64,000 bases of DNA from Candidatus Ryanbacteria bacterium CG10_big_fil_rev_8_21_14_0_10_43_42 (lineage in GTDB: Bacteria > Patescibacteriota > Minisyncoccia > Ryanbacterales > 2-02-FULL-48-12): NCBI GenBank assembly GCA_002793915.1, contig PFEF01000006.1, forward strand, positions 97,368 through 161,367, written 5' to 3'. Made by a program: the position numbers and the translations under genes. Under the pieces are notes generated by a model. It was not told the DNA's origin. It searched no databases and was given only the letters and a program-made list of their open reading frames with translations. Positions 19,986 to 30,455 of this stretch are shown piece by piece; positions within the stretch are counted from its first letter, which is position 1, and every line of letters starts with the position of its first letter.

Positions 19986-20186
19986 ATGAAAACTCTAAAA
20001 TGTGATATGTGCGACCATGAAGCACAGGGCGAAACGTTTGGGGAGTGGATGAATAATCTCAAGCCACATTATACCGAGGCGCATGCTGAAGTTATGAAGG
20101 GAAAGGCAGATCTAACTCCCGAACAACAAAAGACGGAAATGCAGAAGTGGATGGACGAGAACAAGGCAAGATTCGAAGCCGCGTAG
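19986..20186 (+). CDS. small DUF1059-like protein
   Basis: 66 aa, MKxLKCDMCDHEAQGET...HYTEAHAEVM pattern resembling DUF1059 (recalled from memory). Confidence 0.35.
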   Translation: MKTLKCDMCDHEAQGETFGEWMNNLKPHYTEAHAEVMKGKADLTPEQQKTEMQKWMDENKARFEAA

Positions 20187-20304
20187 TTTTGCCGCACAAA
20201 CATCGCCGAAGCCACAGAGCGAACACGAAGCAAACACCGAGCTCCATTTAGTAAATACCCGGAAAAGTCCTTATTTTAAATCATGTCATGCCTCTTTTGA
20301 TCCT

Positions 20305-20326
20305 CTATATCACTAGATTGATATAG
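20305..20326 (+). promoter_or_regulatory. palindrome ctatatca-ctagat-tgatatag upstream of the fic gene; candidate operator
   Basis: Perfect 8 bp inverted arms, about 160 nt upstream of the Fic start. Confidence 0.25.
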
Positions 20327-20487
20327 TAAAAATGCTTGATTTATCAGTGGATACTAGGCCAGTTTTTTAGGGCTGATTATGTCGGCTTTTTGCACCAAGT
20401 CGTAATACAAATATCCTTATTGCACTTTTTGTGGATATCTGGTAATATGGGAATACGTGTTTCAACTTAGACAAAACAAGTAAAACT

Positions 20488-21651
20488 ATGGAGAACAAAG
20501 CACAGCAAAATGACAAATTTATGGCAGGTACTCACAAAAAGCACTTCTGGGGTAAGGATTATGAATACCAGAGTTTTTTGCCGTCTCCGGTAAATCATCC
20601 CTACGAGTGGCAAGATAAAAGAATTCCTGTTCTCCTTGAAGAGGCAATTAGACTTGTCGGAGAATTAAATGCTTATTCCATCCTTGTGCCGGATGTAGAT
20701 TTTTTCATTCAAATGCATGTGCGCAATGAAGCGGTAAAATCCAGTCGCATTGAAGGCACTCGCACTGGTATGGATGAAGCTGTTTTGCCGGAAGAAGAAA
20801 TCTCTCCGGAAAAAAGAGATGACTGGACTGAGGTACAAAATTATATTGCCGCAATGAATAAGAGTATTGCCCGATTGAATGAGCTCCCGATCTCGATGAG
20901 GCTTTTACAAGAAGCTCATAAGATTTTATTGTCCGGCGTTCGTGGTGAACACAAACAACCGGGAGAAGTTCGCACCGCACAAAATTGGATTGGCGGCACA
21001 AGTATTCAGACCGCCGCTTTTATTCCACCCCATCCGGAAGATATGGGAGAGGCCTTAAAGGACCTTGAATTTTTTTGGCATAACAAAGGATTGAATATGC
21101 CCCACTTAATCAAGATGGCTATTTCGCATTATCAGTTTGAGACGATTCACCCGTTCAATGACGGCAACGGGAGAATTGGCCGTATGCTCATCGGGCTTCA
21201 TCTCATCGAGCTTGGAATTTTGCGAAAACCAACCCTGTATCTTTCGGACTTCTTTGAAAGAAATAAAGGTGCGTATTATGACGCGCTTACTTTTGTGCGA
21301 GAGAGGAATGATCTGGATCAATGGATAGTCTTTTTCCTCTCGGCAGTTATTGAGACGGCCAAAAAAGGCAAAGATACGTTCGAGAAAATTATCGATCTGC
21401 GTGCTCGCTACGAGAAACAAACTATGGAGCTCGGACGCCGGGCAAAACTGGCTCATAAACTTTTATTACAGTCATTTTCCATGCCTGCTTTTAAAGTTTC
21501 TGATGCATCAAAGTATCTTAACGCTTCAAACACGGCGACCAACACCCTTGTCGGCGAAATGGAGCGCGTTGGTATTCTTAAGGAAATTACCGGTTTTTCC
21601 CGTAACCGGATTTTTGTCCTGCACGAGTATCTGGAACTTTTTAAGAGATAA
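20488..21651 (+). CDS. fic: Fic-family protein (AMPylator/toxin-like) with an intramolecular inhibitory motif
   Basis: Fic motif [12 protein letters not shown], an N-terminal SSRIEG ([ST]xxxE[GN]) inhibitory helix, and a C-terminal winged-helix-like tail. Confidence 0.85.
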   Translation: MENKAQQNDKFMAGTHKKHFWGKDYEYQSFLPSPVNHPYEWQDKRIPVLLEEAIRLVGELNAYSILVPDVDFFIQMHVRNEAVKSSRIEGTRTGMDEAVLPEEEISPEKRDDWTEVQNYIAAMNKSIARLNELPISMRLLQEAHKILLSGVRGEHKQPGEVRTAQNWIGGTSIQTAAFIPPHPEDMGEALKDLEFFWHNKGLNMPHLIKMAISHYQFETIHPFNDGNGRIGRMLIGLHLIELGILRKPTLYLSDFFERNKGAYYDALTFVRERNDLDQWIVFFLSAVIETAKKGKDTFEKIIDLRARYEKQTMELGRRAKLAHKLLLQSFSMPAFKVSDASKYLNASNTATNTLVGEMERVGILKEITGFSRNRIFVLHEYLELFKR

Positions 21652-21857
21652 AGCTATGAAAAAGGAAATCGCCACAACAACTAAACAGGAAAGCTACTAC
21701 AGATTTGGATTTGTGGGATTAGGATTTAGTGTCAGCCACTATTGAATTTAATTCCCGTCAGGTCCACCCTGTTTTGATAAAATCAACTTTATGTTATATT
21801 ATCTAAACGATTGACAGTCAGGTGAGGAGAGTCAATTTCTCCAAAAACTTAAAACAG

Positions 21858-21888
21858 TCCCGTGGAATCCACGGGGCTGTTTTTATTG
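21858..21888 (+). terminator. hairpin cccgtgg-aat-ccacggg followed by ctgttttta
   Basis: Read directly in the sequence, 200 nt downstream of fic in a gene-free A+T-rich stretch. Confidence 0.3.
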
Positions 21889-22002
21889 GGCACACAGAAA
21901 AACTAAAAGGAAAGCCGGCCATCCTTCTATTTTTGCCTCTGGTTCCGTATTCTGTCGCACGGGCGTATTTCTTCATATACGATATTCTGGTACATTTAAG
22001 AT

Positions 22003-22527
22003 ATGAAAATAGTTGTAGCTTCTCAAAATCCGGTTAAAGTAGAATCCGTAAAACGCGCTTTTGAAAGCATGTTTCCGGAAGAAGTGTTTGAAATAGCCGG
22101 CACTCCTGCTGTGTCCGGTGTACGTGATCAGCCGTGCAGTGATAAAGAAACATTGGAGGGCGCGTATAATAGAGTGGCACACGTTGTAAAAATGACGGAT
22201 GCGGATTTTTGGGTTGGTTTAGAGGGCGGAATAGAAGATAAGGGCACCGAAATGGAAGCATTTGCGTGGGTGGTAGTGAAGGCAAAAGATAATAAAATAG
22301 GGAAAGGCCGGACGGGTGTATATATTTTGCCCCCGAGAGTAGCGGAGCTTATTCGGCAAGGGAAAGAATTGGGAGAAGCAGATGATATTGTATTTAAGAG
22401 AACAAATTCGAAACAAGAAAACGGCTCGGTGGGTATTCTAACGGCGGACAGCATAGACAGAACGAAGTATTATACGGCCGCCGCCATACTTGCCCTTATT
22501 CCTTTTAAGAATAAAGAGTTATATTAA
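22003..22527 (+). CDS. yjjX: inosine/xanthosine triphosphatase (non-canonical purine NTP phosphatase, YjjX family)
   Basis: MKIVVASQNPVKV..., DFWVGLEGGIE and a C-terminal ILALIPF closely parallel E. coli YjjX. Confidence 0.7.
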   Translation: MKIVVASQNPVKVESVKRAFESMFPEEVFEIAGTPAVSGVRDQPCSDKETLEGAYNRVAHVVKMTDADFWVGLEGGIEDKGTEMEAFAWVVVKAKDNKIGKGRTGVYILPPRVAELIRQGKELGEADDIVFKRTNSKQENGSVGILTADSIDRTKYYTAAAILALIPFKNKELY

Positions 22528-22697
22528 ATTCTATCGATACGGGAATTCTTGAGCTTATTTATAAAGAATATATGTTTTTAAAGCGCAACGAGTCAGCTTT
22601 GGCGGAATGGTATACATTTTACACACAGTCTGGTACTATGGGCAGTAATACATGTAATTATGTATAAGGGAATATTAGATTTAGTAGCTATATTATA

Positions 22698-23384
22698 ATG
22701 GATAATACACATATGGACGATGCAAACACACAAGAAAGTATGGAGGAAAACATATCATCTTCGGCTAAAGATATGTCGAGCCAGGTAAATATAACAATGA
22801 AGAAATCCAAGCTGGTTTATATTATAATCGCAGGCGTGATCGTTCTTATTCTTGTCGGACTGTTCTTCGCTAAAAGTCTTTTTGTAGCGGCAACGGTAAA
22901 CGGTAGTCCGATAAGTCGTTTTTCCGTTATTAGCGAGCTTGAAAAACAAAGTGGTGCGCAGGTGCTTGGAGCCATAATAGATCAAAAGCTTATTAAGGCC
23001 GAACTTGATAATCAGGGTGTAAGCGTGGCGGAGGAAGAGATAGATGCGGAAATTAAAAAAATTGAAGAACAAATTGCAAGCCAGGGCGGAGAACTAAGTC
23101 AGATTCTCGCCGCGCAAGGCGTTACAGAAACGGAACTTCGTGAACAGATTAGTATCCAGAAACGATTGGAAAAAATATTAGCAGATAAAATTGTTGTTTC
23201 AGATGAGGAGGTAAATGCGTATATCACGGATAACGCCATTACTCTTCCGGAGGGAATGACAATGGAGGTGTTTGTCGGACAGATTAAAGAGCAGTTAAAA
23301 AATCAGAAATTTCAGCAGGAAGCAGGGCAATGGGTATCTGATGTAACGGCAAGTGCGGACATCAAATATTATATCGAATATTAA
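22698..23384 (+). CDS. membrane-anchored SurA-N-terminal-domain chaperone-like protein
   Basis: An N-terminal acidic region, one transmembrane helix, then a SurA_N-like helical domain. No PPIase domain was recognised. Confidence 0.45.
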   Translation: MDNTHMDDANTQESMEENISSSAKDMSSQVNITMKKSKLVYIIIAGVIVLILVGLFFAKSLFVAATVNGSPISRFSVISELEKQSGAQVLGAIIDQKLIKAELDNQGVSVAEEEIDAEIKKIEEQIASQGGELSQILAAQGVTETELREQISIQKRLEKILADKIVVSDEEVNAYITDNAITLPEGMTMEVFVGQIKEQLKNQKFQQEAGQWVSDVTASADIKYYIEY

Positions 23385-23431
23385 ACAAATAAAATAAGCA
23401 TGTTTCTTGGAATGAGTAAGTACTGCAGAAT

Positions 23432-23456
23432 AAACCGCCTTATTGGCGGTTTATTG
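23432..23456 (+). terminator. rho-independent terminator (aaccgcc-ttat-tggcggttt)
   Basis: Stem-loop plus a T-rich tail after the SurA-like gene. Confidence 0.4.
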
Positions 23457-23461
23457 TTGTT

Positions 23462-24511
23462 ATGGAAAAATTGATAATTTATAATGGCGTATATATGGAA
23501 TCTGTAAAAAATACCGATAAAAATATACACGCCGTCTTTGAAGGGGGCGGCGTAAAAGGGACGGGACTTGTAGGGGCCGTGCAGGTAACGGAGGATCACG
23601 GATATATATTTGACCGTGTCGCGGGTACTTCGGCGGGTGCTATTATAGCCGCTCTTATAGCGGCCGGTTATACGGCAAGCGAAATGAAAGAAATTATGTT
23701 TGCATTGGATTATAGGAAGTTTAAAGATAAGGGACTGGGAGACAGTATACCGCTTGTAGGACCTCTTGCGAGTTTGCTTATTACAAAAGGTATTTATGAA
23801 GGAGATTATTTTGAAAACTGGTTAAGAGATTTGCTCTTACAAAAGAATATCAGAACTTTCAAGGATCTTTTGATTGATGAAAACATCAAAGACTCGACGT
23901 ACAGATACAAGCTTCAGGTCATAGCGTCGGATGTTTCGCGCGGAAGACTTATTACACTTCCGCATGACGTGAGCGAATATGGTTTTGTACCCAATGATTT
24001 TGATGTTGCAAGAGCTGTTAGAATGAGTATGAGCATTCCTTTTTTCTATAAGCCGGTTATCATGAAAAATGCAAAAGGGGACGCTTCATTCATTGTAGAC
24101 GGAGGAATTTTAAGTAATTATCCCGTTGGAATTTTTGATCCCGTGGGAAATACGAGTCCTCTCTGGCCAACATTCGGCTATAAACTGGTGGAACCGGATG
24201 AATATAAGCCACACAATATCAACGGTCCGGTAAGCCTTTTAGCGGCACTGTTTTCGACCATGATGGAGGCGCATGATGCAAGATATATTAAGGATACGAA
24301 TTTCCAGCGTACGATACCCATAGAAACGCTGGGTGTCCAAACCACCGATTTTGATACGACCATAGAGAAAAAACAGGAGCTTTATGAAAGCGGAAAAAAG
24401 GCCGCAGAGGAATTTTTCCAAAAGTGGAACTTTGAAGAATACAATCAAAAGCGTGGAAAAGGAGAAAGCCGCAGACAGCAAGTTTGGAAATCGAAAGAAG
24501 AGGCGGGATGA
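23462..24511 (+). CDS. patatin-like phospholipase
   Basis: GGGVKG oxyanion motif, GTSAG serine-nucleophile motif and DGG. Confidence 0.8.
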   Translation: MEKLIIYNGVYMESVKNTDKNIHAVFEGGGVKGTGLVGAVQVTEDHGYIFDRVAGTSAGAIIAALIAAGYTASEMKEIMFALDYRKFKDKGLGDSIPLVGPLASLLITKGIYEGDYFENWLRDLLLQKNIRTFKDLLIDENIKDSTYRYKLQVIASDVSRGRLITLPHDVSEYGFVPNDFDVARAVRMSMSIPFFYKPVIMKNAKGDASFIVDGGILSNYPVGIFDPVGNTSPLWPTFGYKLVEPDEYKPHNINGPVSLLAALFSTMMEAHDARYIKDTNFQRTIPIETLGVQTTDFDTTIEKKQELYESGKKAAEEFFQKWNFEEYNQKRGKGESRRQQVWKSKEEAG

Positions 24512-24558
24512 TTATTAATTGATTTATCTCTGCTTTTTGTATATACTGTACCCACAGT

Positions 24559-27432
24559 ATGGCAAAAAAAGCATCAAAAAAGAGTACGTCACGCAAAAAG
24601 AGCGTATTGTCGAAGGCAGAACTACCCCCCCTCGGCAATGCCCATGCTATACAGGTGCGTGGCGCACGTGCGCACAATTTGAAAAATGTCTCTGTTGATA
24701 TTCCGCGTGATAAATTTGTTGTTATTACGGGACTTTCCGGATCAGGGAAATCATCGCTTGCTTTCGACACCGTTTATGCCGAAGCCGAACGACGGTTTGT
24801 TGAATCTCTTTCTGCGTATGCGCGTCAGTTCTTGGGTGTAAAAGAAAAGCCGGATGTGGATTCCATAGAAGGCCTTTCACCCGCTATTGCCATTGATCAA
24901 AAAAGTGTTTCGCGTAATCCGCGTTCTACCGTAGGCACCATCACGGAGATTTATGATTATCTGCGTATCTTATATGCGCGTATTGGTATTCCGCATTGTC
25001 CGGAGTGCGGAAAACCCGTTCGCCGGCAAAGCGTGGATGAAATTATCGCCCGTATTCTTTCCATGCCGGTCCGTACACAGGCGATATTATTAGCTCCCAT
25101 TGTGCGCGGCCGCAAAGGAGAGCATAAGGGGGTGCTTGAAGAAATACAAAAGAAAGGATTTGCCCGCGTGCGGATTGATGGTGTCGTGATACGAACGGAG
25201 GAAGCGGTGGATAAAGCGCTTGATCCGAAAAGAAAACATAGTATTGAGGTTGTGGTGGATCGTATTGTGGTGGACGATGGACTGGATCGTCCGCGTCTTG
25301 CTGATTCATTGGAGACTGCCCTTAAAATAGGAAAAGGTATTGCGGCGGTGGATACCGGAAAAGAGGAACTTATGTTCTCGGAACATTTTGCATGTCCCGA
25401 TTGCGGTGTTTCGTTGCCGGAATTGGAGCCGCGGCTTTTTTCGTTTAACAGTCCGTATGGTGCTTGTCCGGCATGTACCGGCATTGGACATACGCTTGAA
25501 ATTGATGCCGATTTAGTATTTCCCAATAAGACACTCACGCTTGCGGAAGGTGCAATACAGCCGTGGGCGAAAGCATCGCATAGGGTGGGGCGCCAGTCAT
25601 GGTATTGGTGGATGCTGGAAGATGTAAGCGAGCGGCATAAATTTTCTTTGCATACTCCTATAAAAGATCTCCCAAAGTCGGCGGTGAATGTTATTTTAAA
25701 TGGCGACGACACCGATTCGAAAGAAGGAAAACAGGGGTTTGAGGGTGTGATTTCGAACTTAAAGCGGAGGTGGAAAGAAACAGATTCGGAATGGACGCGT
25801 GCCGAAATTGAAAAATATATGCGTTCGCAGGTATGTCCGGCATGTAATGGAGCACGCCTTAAGCCGGAATCGTTGGGAGTTAAAATTAATAAGAAAAATA
25901 TTGCAGATATTGGCCGCATGGACGTGCAATCCGCGGCACCGTTTTTTGAAGATATTCTTGAGCAGTCATCTTTCGAGCAGAAAAAGATTACACGTCCTCT
26001 TGTTAAAGAAATTGTGGGTCGTCTTACGTTTCTTATTGATGTTGGTCTTGAATACGTTACCCTTGATAGGGAATCCACAACTCTTTCGGGCGGAGAAGCG
26101 CAACGCGTGCGTCTTGCCACGCAGATAGGATCCCGTCTTACGGGAGTTACTTATGTATTGGATGAGCCCTCTATCGGACTTCATCCGCGGGACCACGGAC
26201 GTCTTATCGAAACACTCAAAAAATTACGAGATTTAGGAAATACTATTCTGGTGGTTGAGCATGATCGTGAGACAATGCAGGAAGCCGATTGGATTATTGA
26301 TCTGGGTCCGGGTGCCGGAAAGCATGGGGGTATGATAATTTTTGAGGGTACGGCAGAGGAGCTTTTGAAGGCATCAACGCTTACCGGGCATTATCTTTCT
26401 CATAGAAAACATATAGCGATACCGGTAAGCACGCCACCGAAAAGCAAGAAAACATATCTCACCATAAAGGGAGCTTCGGGGAATAATTTAAAAAACATTA
26501 CAACAAAAATTCCATTGGGTGAATTTGTGTGTATTGCGGGCGTTTCCGGATCCGGTAAAAGTACGCTTGTAAATGATACGCTGGGAAGAGCGCTTATGCA
26601 GTATTTCTATCGTTCAAAGGCGGAACCGTCGCCCCATAAAAGTATAGAGGGACTTGAGCATATCGATAAGGTTGTTATTGTGGATCAGTCTCCTATTGGG
26701 CGTACGCCGCGATCAAATCCGGCAACATACACGGGAGCTTTTTCTTTCATAAGGGAAGCGTTTGCGCGTACAAGAGAGGCACGCTCGCGGGGATATAAAG
26801 CGGGACGATTCAGCTTTAATGTAAAAGGAGGGCGATGTGAAGTATGTGAGGGGCAGGGAGTGCGAAAGATAGAAATGTATTTTCTCCCCGATATTTATAT
26901 CGAGTGCGAAGAATGTCGCGGTAAGCGGTATAACCAAGAAGCGCTTTCCATTTTATATAATGAACGCACGATAGCGGATGTACTTGAAATGCCCATTGAA
27001 GAAGCGTATATATTTTTTAAAGATATTCCGGCAATTGCCTCACGCCTTGAAACGCTTGTTCATGTTGGTTTGGGGTATATGCACCTGGGACAGCCGGCAA
27101 CCACTCTTTCCGGCGGGGAGGCACAGCGTGTAAAATTGGCAACGGAGCTTGCAAAAAAGGCAACGGGAAAAACGTTGTATATTTTGGACGAGCCAACCAC
27201 GGGGCTTCATTTTGAGGATATCAGGCGACTTTTAGAGGTACTGCGCGCCCTTGTGGAAAAGGGAAATAGTGTTCTTGTAATTGAACATAATACGGATGTT
27301 CTTAAAAATGCCGATTGGATTATTGAATTAGGTCCCGAAGGAGGATCCGCGGGAGGGATAATTGTTGCCGAAGGAACACCGAAAGATATCGCAAGTACAA
27401 AGAAATCCCCTACTCAAAAATGGCTTATATAA
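24559..27432 (+). CDS. uvrA: excinuclease ABC subunit A
   Basis: Two ABC ATPase modules with zinc-finger CxxC pairs, LSGGEAQR signatures, and 957 aa length. Confidence 0.95.
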   Translation: MAKKASKKSTSRKKSVLSKAELPPLGNAHAIQVRGARAHNLKNVSVDIPRDKFVVITGLSGSGKSSLAFDTVYAEAERRFVESLSAYARQFLGVKEKPDVDSIEGLSPAIAIDQKSVSRNPRSTVGTITEIYDYLRILYARIGIPHCPECGKPVRRQSVDEIIARILSMPVRTQAILLAPIVRGRKGEHKGVLEEIQKKGFARVRIDGVVIRTEEAVDKALDPKRKHSIEVVVDRIVVDDGLDRPRLADSLETALKIGKGIAAVDTGKEELMFSEHFACPDCGVSLPELEPRLFSFNSPYGACPACTGIGHTLEIDADLVFPNKTLTLAEGAIQPWAKASHRVGRQSWYWWMLEDVSERHKFSLHTPIKDLPKSAVNVILNGDDTDSKEGKQGFEGVISNLKRRWKETDSEWTRAEIEKYMRSQVCPACNGARLKPESLGVKINKKNIADIGRMDVQSAAPFFEDILEQSSFEQKKITRPLVKEIVGRLTFLIDVGLEYVTLDRESTTLSGGEAQRVRLATQIGSRLTGVTYVLDEPSIGLHPRDHGRLIETLKKLRDLGNTILVVEHDRETMQEADWIIDLGPGAGKHGGMIIFEGTAEELLKASTLTGHYLSHRKHIAIPVSTPPKSKKTYLTIKGASGNNLKNITTKIPLGEFVCIAGVSGSGKSTLVNDTLGRALMQYFYRSKAEPSPHKSIEGLEHIDKVVIVDQSPIGRTPRSNPATYTGAFSFIREAFARTREARSRGYKAGRFSFNVKGGRCEVCEGQGVRKIEMYFLPDIYIECEECRGKRYNQEALSILYNERTIADVLEMPIEEAYIFFKDIPAIASRLETLVHVGLGYMHLGQPATTLSGGEAQRVKLATELAKKATGKTLYILDEPTTGLHFEDIRRLLEVLRALVEKGNSVLVIEHNTDVLKNADWIIELGPEGGSAGGIIVAEGTPKDIASTKKSPTQKWLI

Positions 27433-27495
27433 AGAGCTTTTAGTGCTTTAAGGGGGGAAGTTGACCTTTTTTATGGATTATGTTATTATGCGCAC

Positions 27496-28521
27496 ATGGT
27501 ATCAATGCATCCACAAAAGGCGGTAGAAATACTTACGGCGGAATTACCTAAACGATCGGGAGCTGTTCTCGAGAAGCGTTTTGGTTTGGGTAAAACCGGC
27601 AAGCGTCAAACGCTTGAAGCTATTGGAAAAGGGTATGGCATAACACGGGAACGTGTACGCCAGATTGAGCGCGATAGCATAATACGTATTAAAAAGAGTG
27701 CGGCATATAAGGATGTTATGCCGGTGTTTTTTGTATTTGAGGAATATATAACACAGAAGGGAGGTATTGTTGCGGAAGATCAGCTGGTACGCCAGTTTGA
27801 TACGGACGGAAAGTCGCAAAATCATATCGTTTTTTTGCTCACATTAGCACCGGCAATAGATCACAAGCCGGAGAACGATGAACTTGCAAGTCGGTGGATA
27901 ACCAATACTGAAAAAATGACTGCCGTAGAAAACGCTCTTAATGCCGTACATGCCGACATCGAGCAAAGCACAAGTCTTCTTTCGCGTGATGAATTGGTAA
28001 GCAAGGTGCAAAACCATATGGAGGCGCATAATGTATCGGCAGACTCCGATGAGCTTGATCGGTACATTGGTATTTCAAAATGCATCGGAGAGAATTGCTT
28101 TGGTCAGTGGGGACACGCAAGTTCGAGTCTTGTGCGTCCGCGCGGCGTGCGCGATATGGCTTATTTGGTATTTCAGCGGGAAGGGAAGCCTCTTCATTTT
28201 TTGAGTGTGGCAAATCTTATCCGTGATCTTGTAGCGGAACGCAGTGTTCATGCGCAAACAGTGCATAATGAGCTTATTAAAGATAGCCGTTTTGTGTTGG
28301 TGGGGCGCGGTATGTATGGTCTTCGGGAGTGGGGGTACGAACCGGGTACGGTACGGGATATTATTATGCGCATGCTCCGAAAAGATTCGCTTACCAAGGA
28401 AGAAATTGTGGATAAGGTGCTTGATAAACGGCAGGTAAAAGCTAATACCATTCTTATTAATTTGCAAAATAAAAAGTTTTTTAAAAAGCTTTCTGACGGC
28501 CGGTATACGGCGGTGGCATAA
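27496..28521 (+). CDS. sigma-70 region-4 HTH domain protein with an uncharacterised 260 aa C-terminal extension
   Basis: The N-terminal LEAIGKGYGITRERVRQIE matches the region 4.2 HTH of sigma70 factors. No region 2 was recognised. Confidence 0.5.
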   Translation: MVSMHPQKAVEILTAELPKRSGAVLEKRFGLGKTGKRQTLEAIGKGYGITRERVRQIERDSIIRIKKSAAYKDVMPVFFVFEEYITQKGGIVAEDQLVRQFDTDGKSQNHIVFLLTLAPAIDHKPENDELASRWITNTEKMTAVENALNAVHADIEQSTSLLSRDELVSKVQNHMEAHNVSADSDELDRYIGISKCIGENCFGQWGHASSSLVRPRGVRDMAYLVFQREGKPLHFLSVANLIRDLVAERSVHAQTVHNELIKDSRFVLVGRGMYGLREWGYEPGTVRDIIMRMLRKDSLTKEEIVDKVLDKRQVKANTILINLQNKKFFKKLSDGRYTAVA

Positions 28522-28618
28522 AGAACAATGTCGATATCTTATTGGTTTGGCGGGCGCCTTTCATGATATACTTATCATGCAGGGAGGGAAACTCATAAGA
28601 TAACGATGTGCGTGTATT

Positions 28619-29899
28619 GTGGAAACTCAATTGACAATTTCTCTTTTTAAGGCGGCGGTAACTACATGGTTCATTTGGTTGCCTGTTTTGTCGTTCCTTG
28701 TTCTTGTGGTTACATGGCTTGATTATAAGCGCACGATATTTATTGCCGATGTTGAGTACGTTTTTTTGGAGGTACGCGTGCCTCGTGAAATTAGGCGCGG
28801 ACCCAAGGCAATGGAGCAGTTATTTACCTCTATTTACAGTATTCTTAACTCTACGGTTCCGAGCCATATTATTGACGGTCTTTTATATGGAGAGATAGCG
28901 CTTACTATGTCGTTTGAAATTGTTTCCATTGGCGGAGAAGTACATTTTTTTATTAAGACGCCTAAGAAATTTAAAAATATTCTCGAAGCAAATTTGTTTG
29001 GATGTTATGCCGATCTGGAAATTGCCGTGGTTCCCGATTACACCGAGCGTATGCCGAGTACGTATGCCGACCTTGCCGAAAATAATTATGAGTTGTGGGG
29101 ATCGGAGCTTGTCTTGATGACGGACGATGTTTATCCCATTCGTACATATGTGGAGTTTGAATCCATGGATGAATATGCTCAGTTGGATCCCATTGCCACG
29201 CTCGTTGAAATGTTGAGTAAGTTGCAGGTGGAAGAGGAGCTTTGGATACAGTTTATTATTGTTCCGGCGGGTATGGAATGGCGCGCAAAAGGGCAAAAAG
29301 TGGTTGAAGGGTTGCGTACTCAGTCAAGCAAAACAACTATAATAGGAGGAGAGAGTACGGTATCCATGGTGGATAGAACACCCGGACAAACAGATATTAT
29401 AAAAGCAATAGAGCGTAATATTTCAAAGCCGGGATATTATACCGTTATTCGCTATGTTTATATAGCACCTAAAAGTATCTACAATAAGGATCTTGCACGA
29501 ACCGGTATCCCAAGCGCGTTTAATCAGTATCAAGCACAAACACTAAATGCCTTTCGGCATGATTTTAGTGTACGCACGCAAACAATATGGCATAAGCATC
29601 CTTATTTTTTCCCCACCTGGCGGCTTTTACAAAGACGAAAGTCTATTTACGATTCATTTATAAAGCGTTCATTTCCGGAAGCGCCATTCTTTAAGCAATT
29701 ATTCACCGGACAAACACTGTCGGCGGATATTCCCATTTTTAACACAGAAGAACTGGCAACGTTGTATCATTATCCAACAGATATTGTTCTTACCGCGCCG
29801 TCAATGAAGCGCGTGGAGTCGAAGAAGGTGGGTCCTCCCGCGGGACTTCCTATTTTTCAGGAAACGGGAGATAGTATTCAGGGTTTTAAGAATAAATAA
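28619..29899 (+). CDS. hypothetical membrane-anchored protein (first gene of an ATPase module)
   Basis: 426 aa with an N-terminal transmembrane helix and no family recognised. Tightly spaced with the two downstream genes. Confidence 0.4.
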   Translation: METQLTISLFKAAVTTWFIWLPVLSFLVLVVTWLDYKRTIFIADVEYVFLEVRVPREIRRGPKAMEQLFTSIYSILNSTVPSHIIDGLLYGEIALTMSFEIVSIGGEVHFFIKTPKKFKNILEANLFGCYADLEIAVVPDYTERMPSTYADLAENNYELWGSELVLMTDDVYPIRTYVEFESMDEYAQLDPIATLVEMLSKLQVEEELWIQFIIVPAGMEWRAKGQKVVEGLRTQSSKTTIIGGESTVSMVDRTPGQTDIIKAIERNISKPGYYTVIRYVYIAPKSIYNKDLARTGIPSAFNQYQAQTLNAFRHDFSVRTQTIWHKHPYFFPTWRLLQRRKSIYDSFIKRSFPEAPFFKQLFTGQTLSADIPIFNTEELATLYHYPTDIVLTAPSMKRVESKKVGPPAGLPIFQETGDSIQGFKNK

Positions 29900-29908
29900 A
29901 GAAACGAT

Positions 29909-30424
29909 ATGGATGGATCGGTGTCATATACCATACTTGCTGTCATAAAATCACTTGCGCTTCTTATTACGTTATTTTCATGGGTAATGATTGTTTATGC
30001 TATTATGAAAAAGCGGGAATTTATGGAAGCTCGTCCCGGAGACATGCTGGCGAAGAATACGGAACCAAAAAAAGATCCCGATTTACAGAATAATATTCGT
30101 ACCCAAAAAATTGCCCGCGAAGGATGGACGCGTATCACCGGCAAGATAGATGCAACAGAACAAAAAGATTTTAAATCGGCAATTATTGAAGCGGATGCAT
30201 TGGTTGATGCCGTACTAAAAGCGTATAATTATTCGGGTGAAACCATGGGAGATCGTATGAAATCCATAAAAAAGGATGAACTGCCAAGTCTGGATGATTT
30301 ATGGCAAATACATAAACTGCGCAATACTGTTGCGCACCATCCTACGTACGAAATTACCTCAAAGAGGGGAGAAAGTGCTCTTAAAACATACGAAAAAATA
30401 CTGCGGGAATTGGGGGCAATATAA
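29909..30424 (+). CDS. hypothetical small membrane protein
   Basis: 171 aa with an N-terminal transmembrane helix (LAVIKSLALLITLFSWVMIVYAIM), 9 nt after the previous stop. Confidence 0.4.
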   Translation: MDGSVSYTILAVIKSLALLITLFSWVMIVYAIMKKREFMEARPGDMLAKNTEPKKDPDLQNNIRTQKIAREGWTRITGKIDATEQKDFKSAIIEADALVDAVLKAYNYSGETMGDRMKSIKKDELPSLDDLWQIHKLRNTVAHHPTYEITSKRGESALKTYEKILRELGAI

Positions 30425-30455
30425 ATACAAAAACTATGTATACTAATCTTTAAAA

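Noticed and set aside
21350-21745. 131 aa plus-strand ORF overlapping the 3' end of fic.
   Set aside because: It is an alternative frame of fic extended into the spacer, with no support.
24957-26120. 387 aa minus-strand ORF.
   Set aside because: It is antisense to uvrA, which is unambiguous. Its composition is biased (R/S/P-rich) and it has no motifs.
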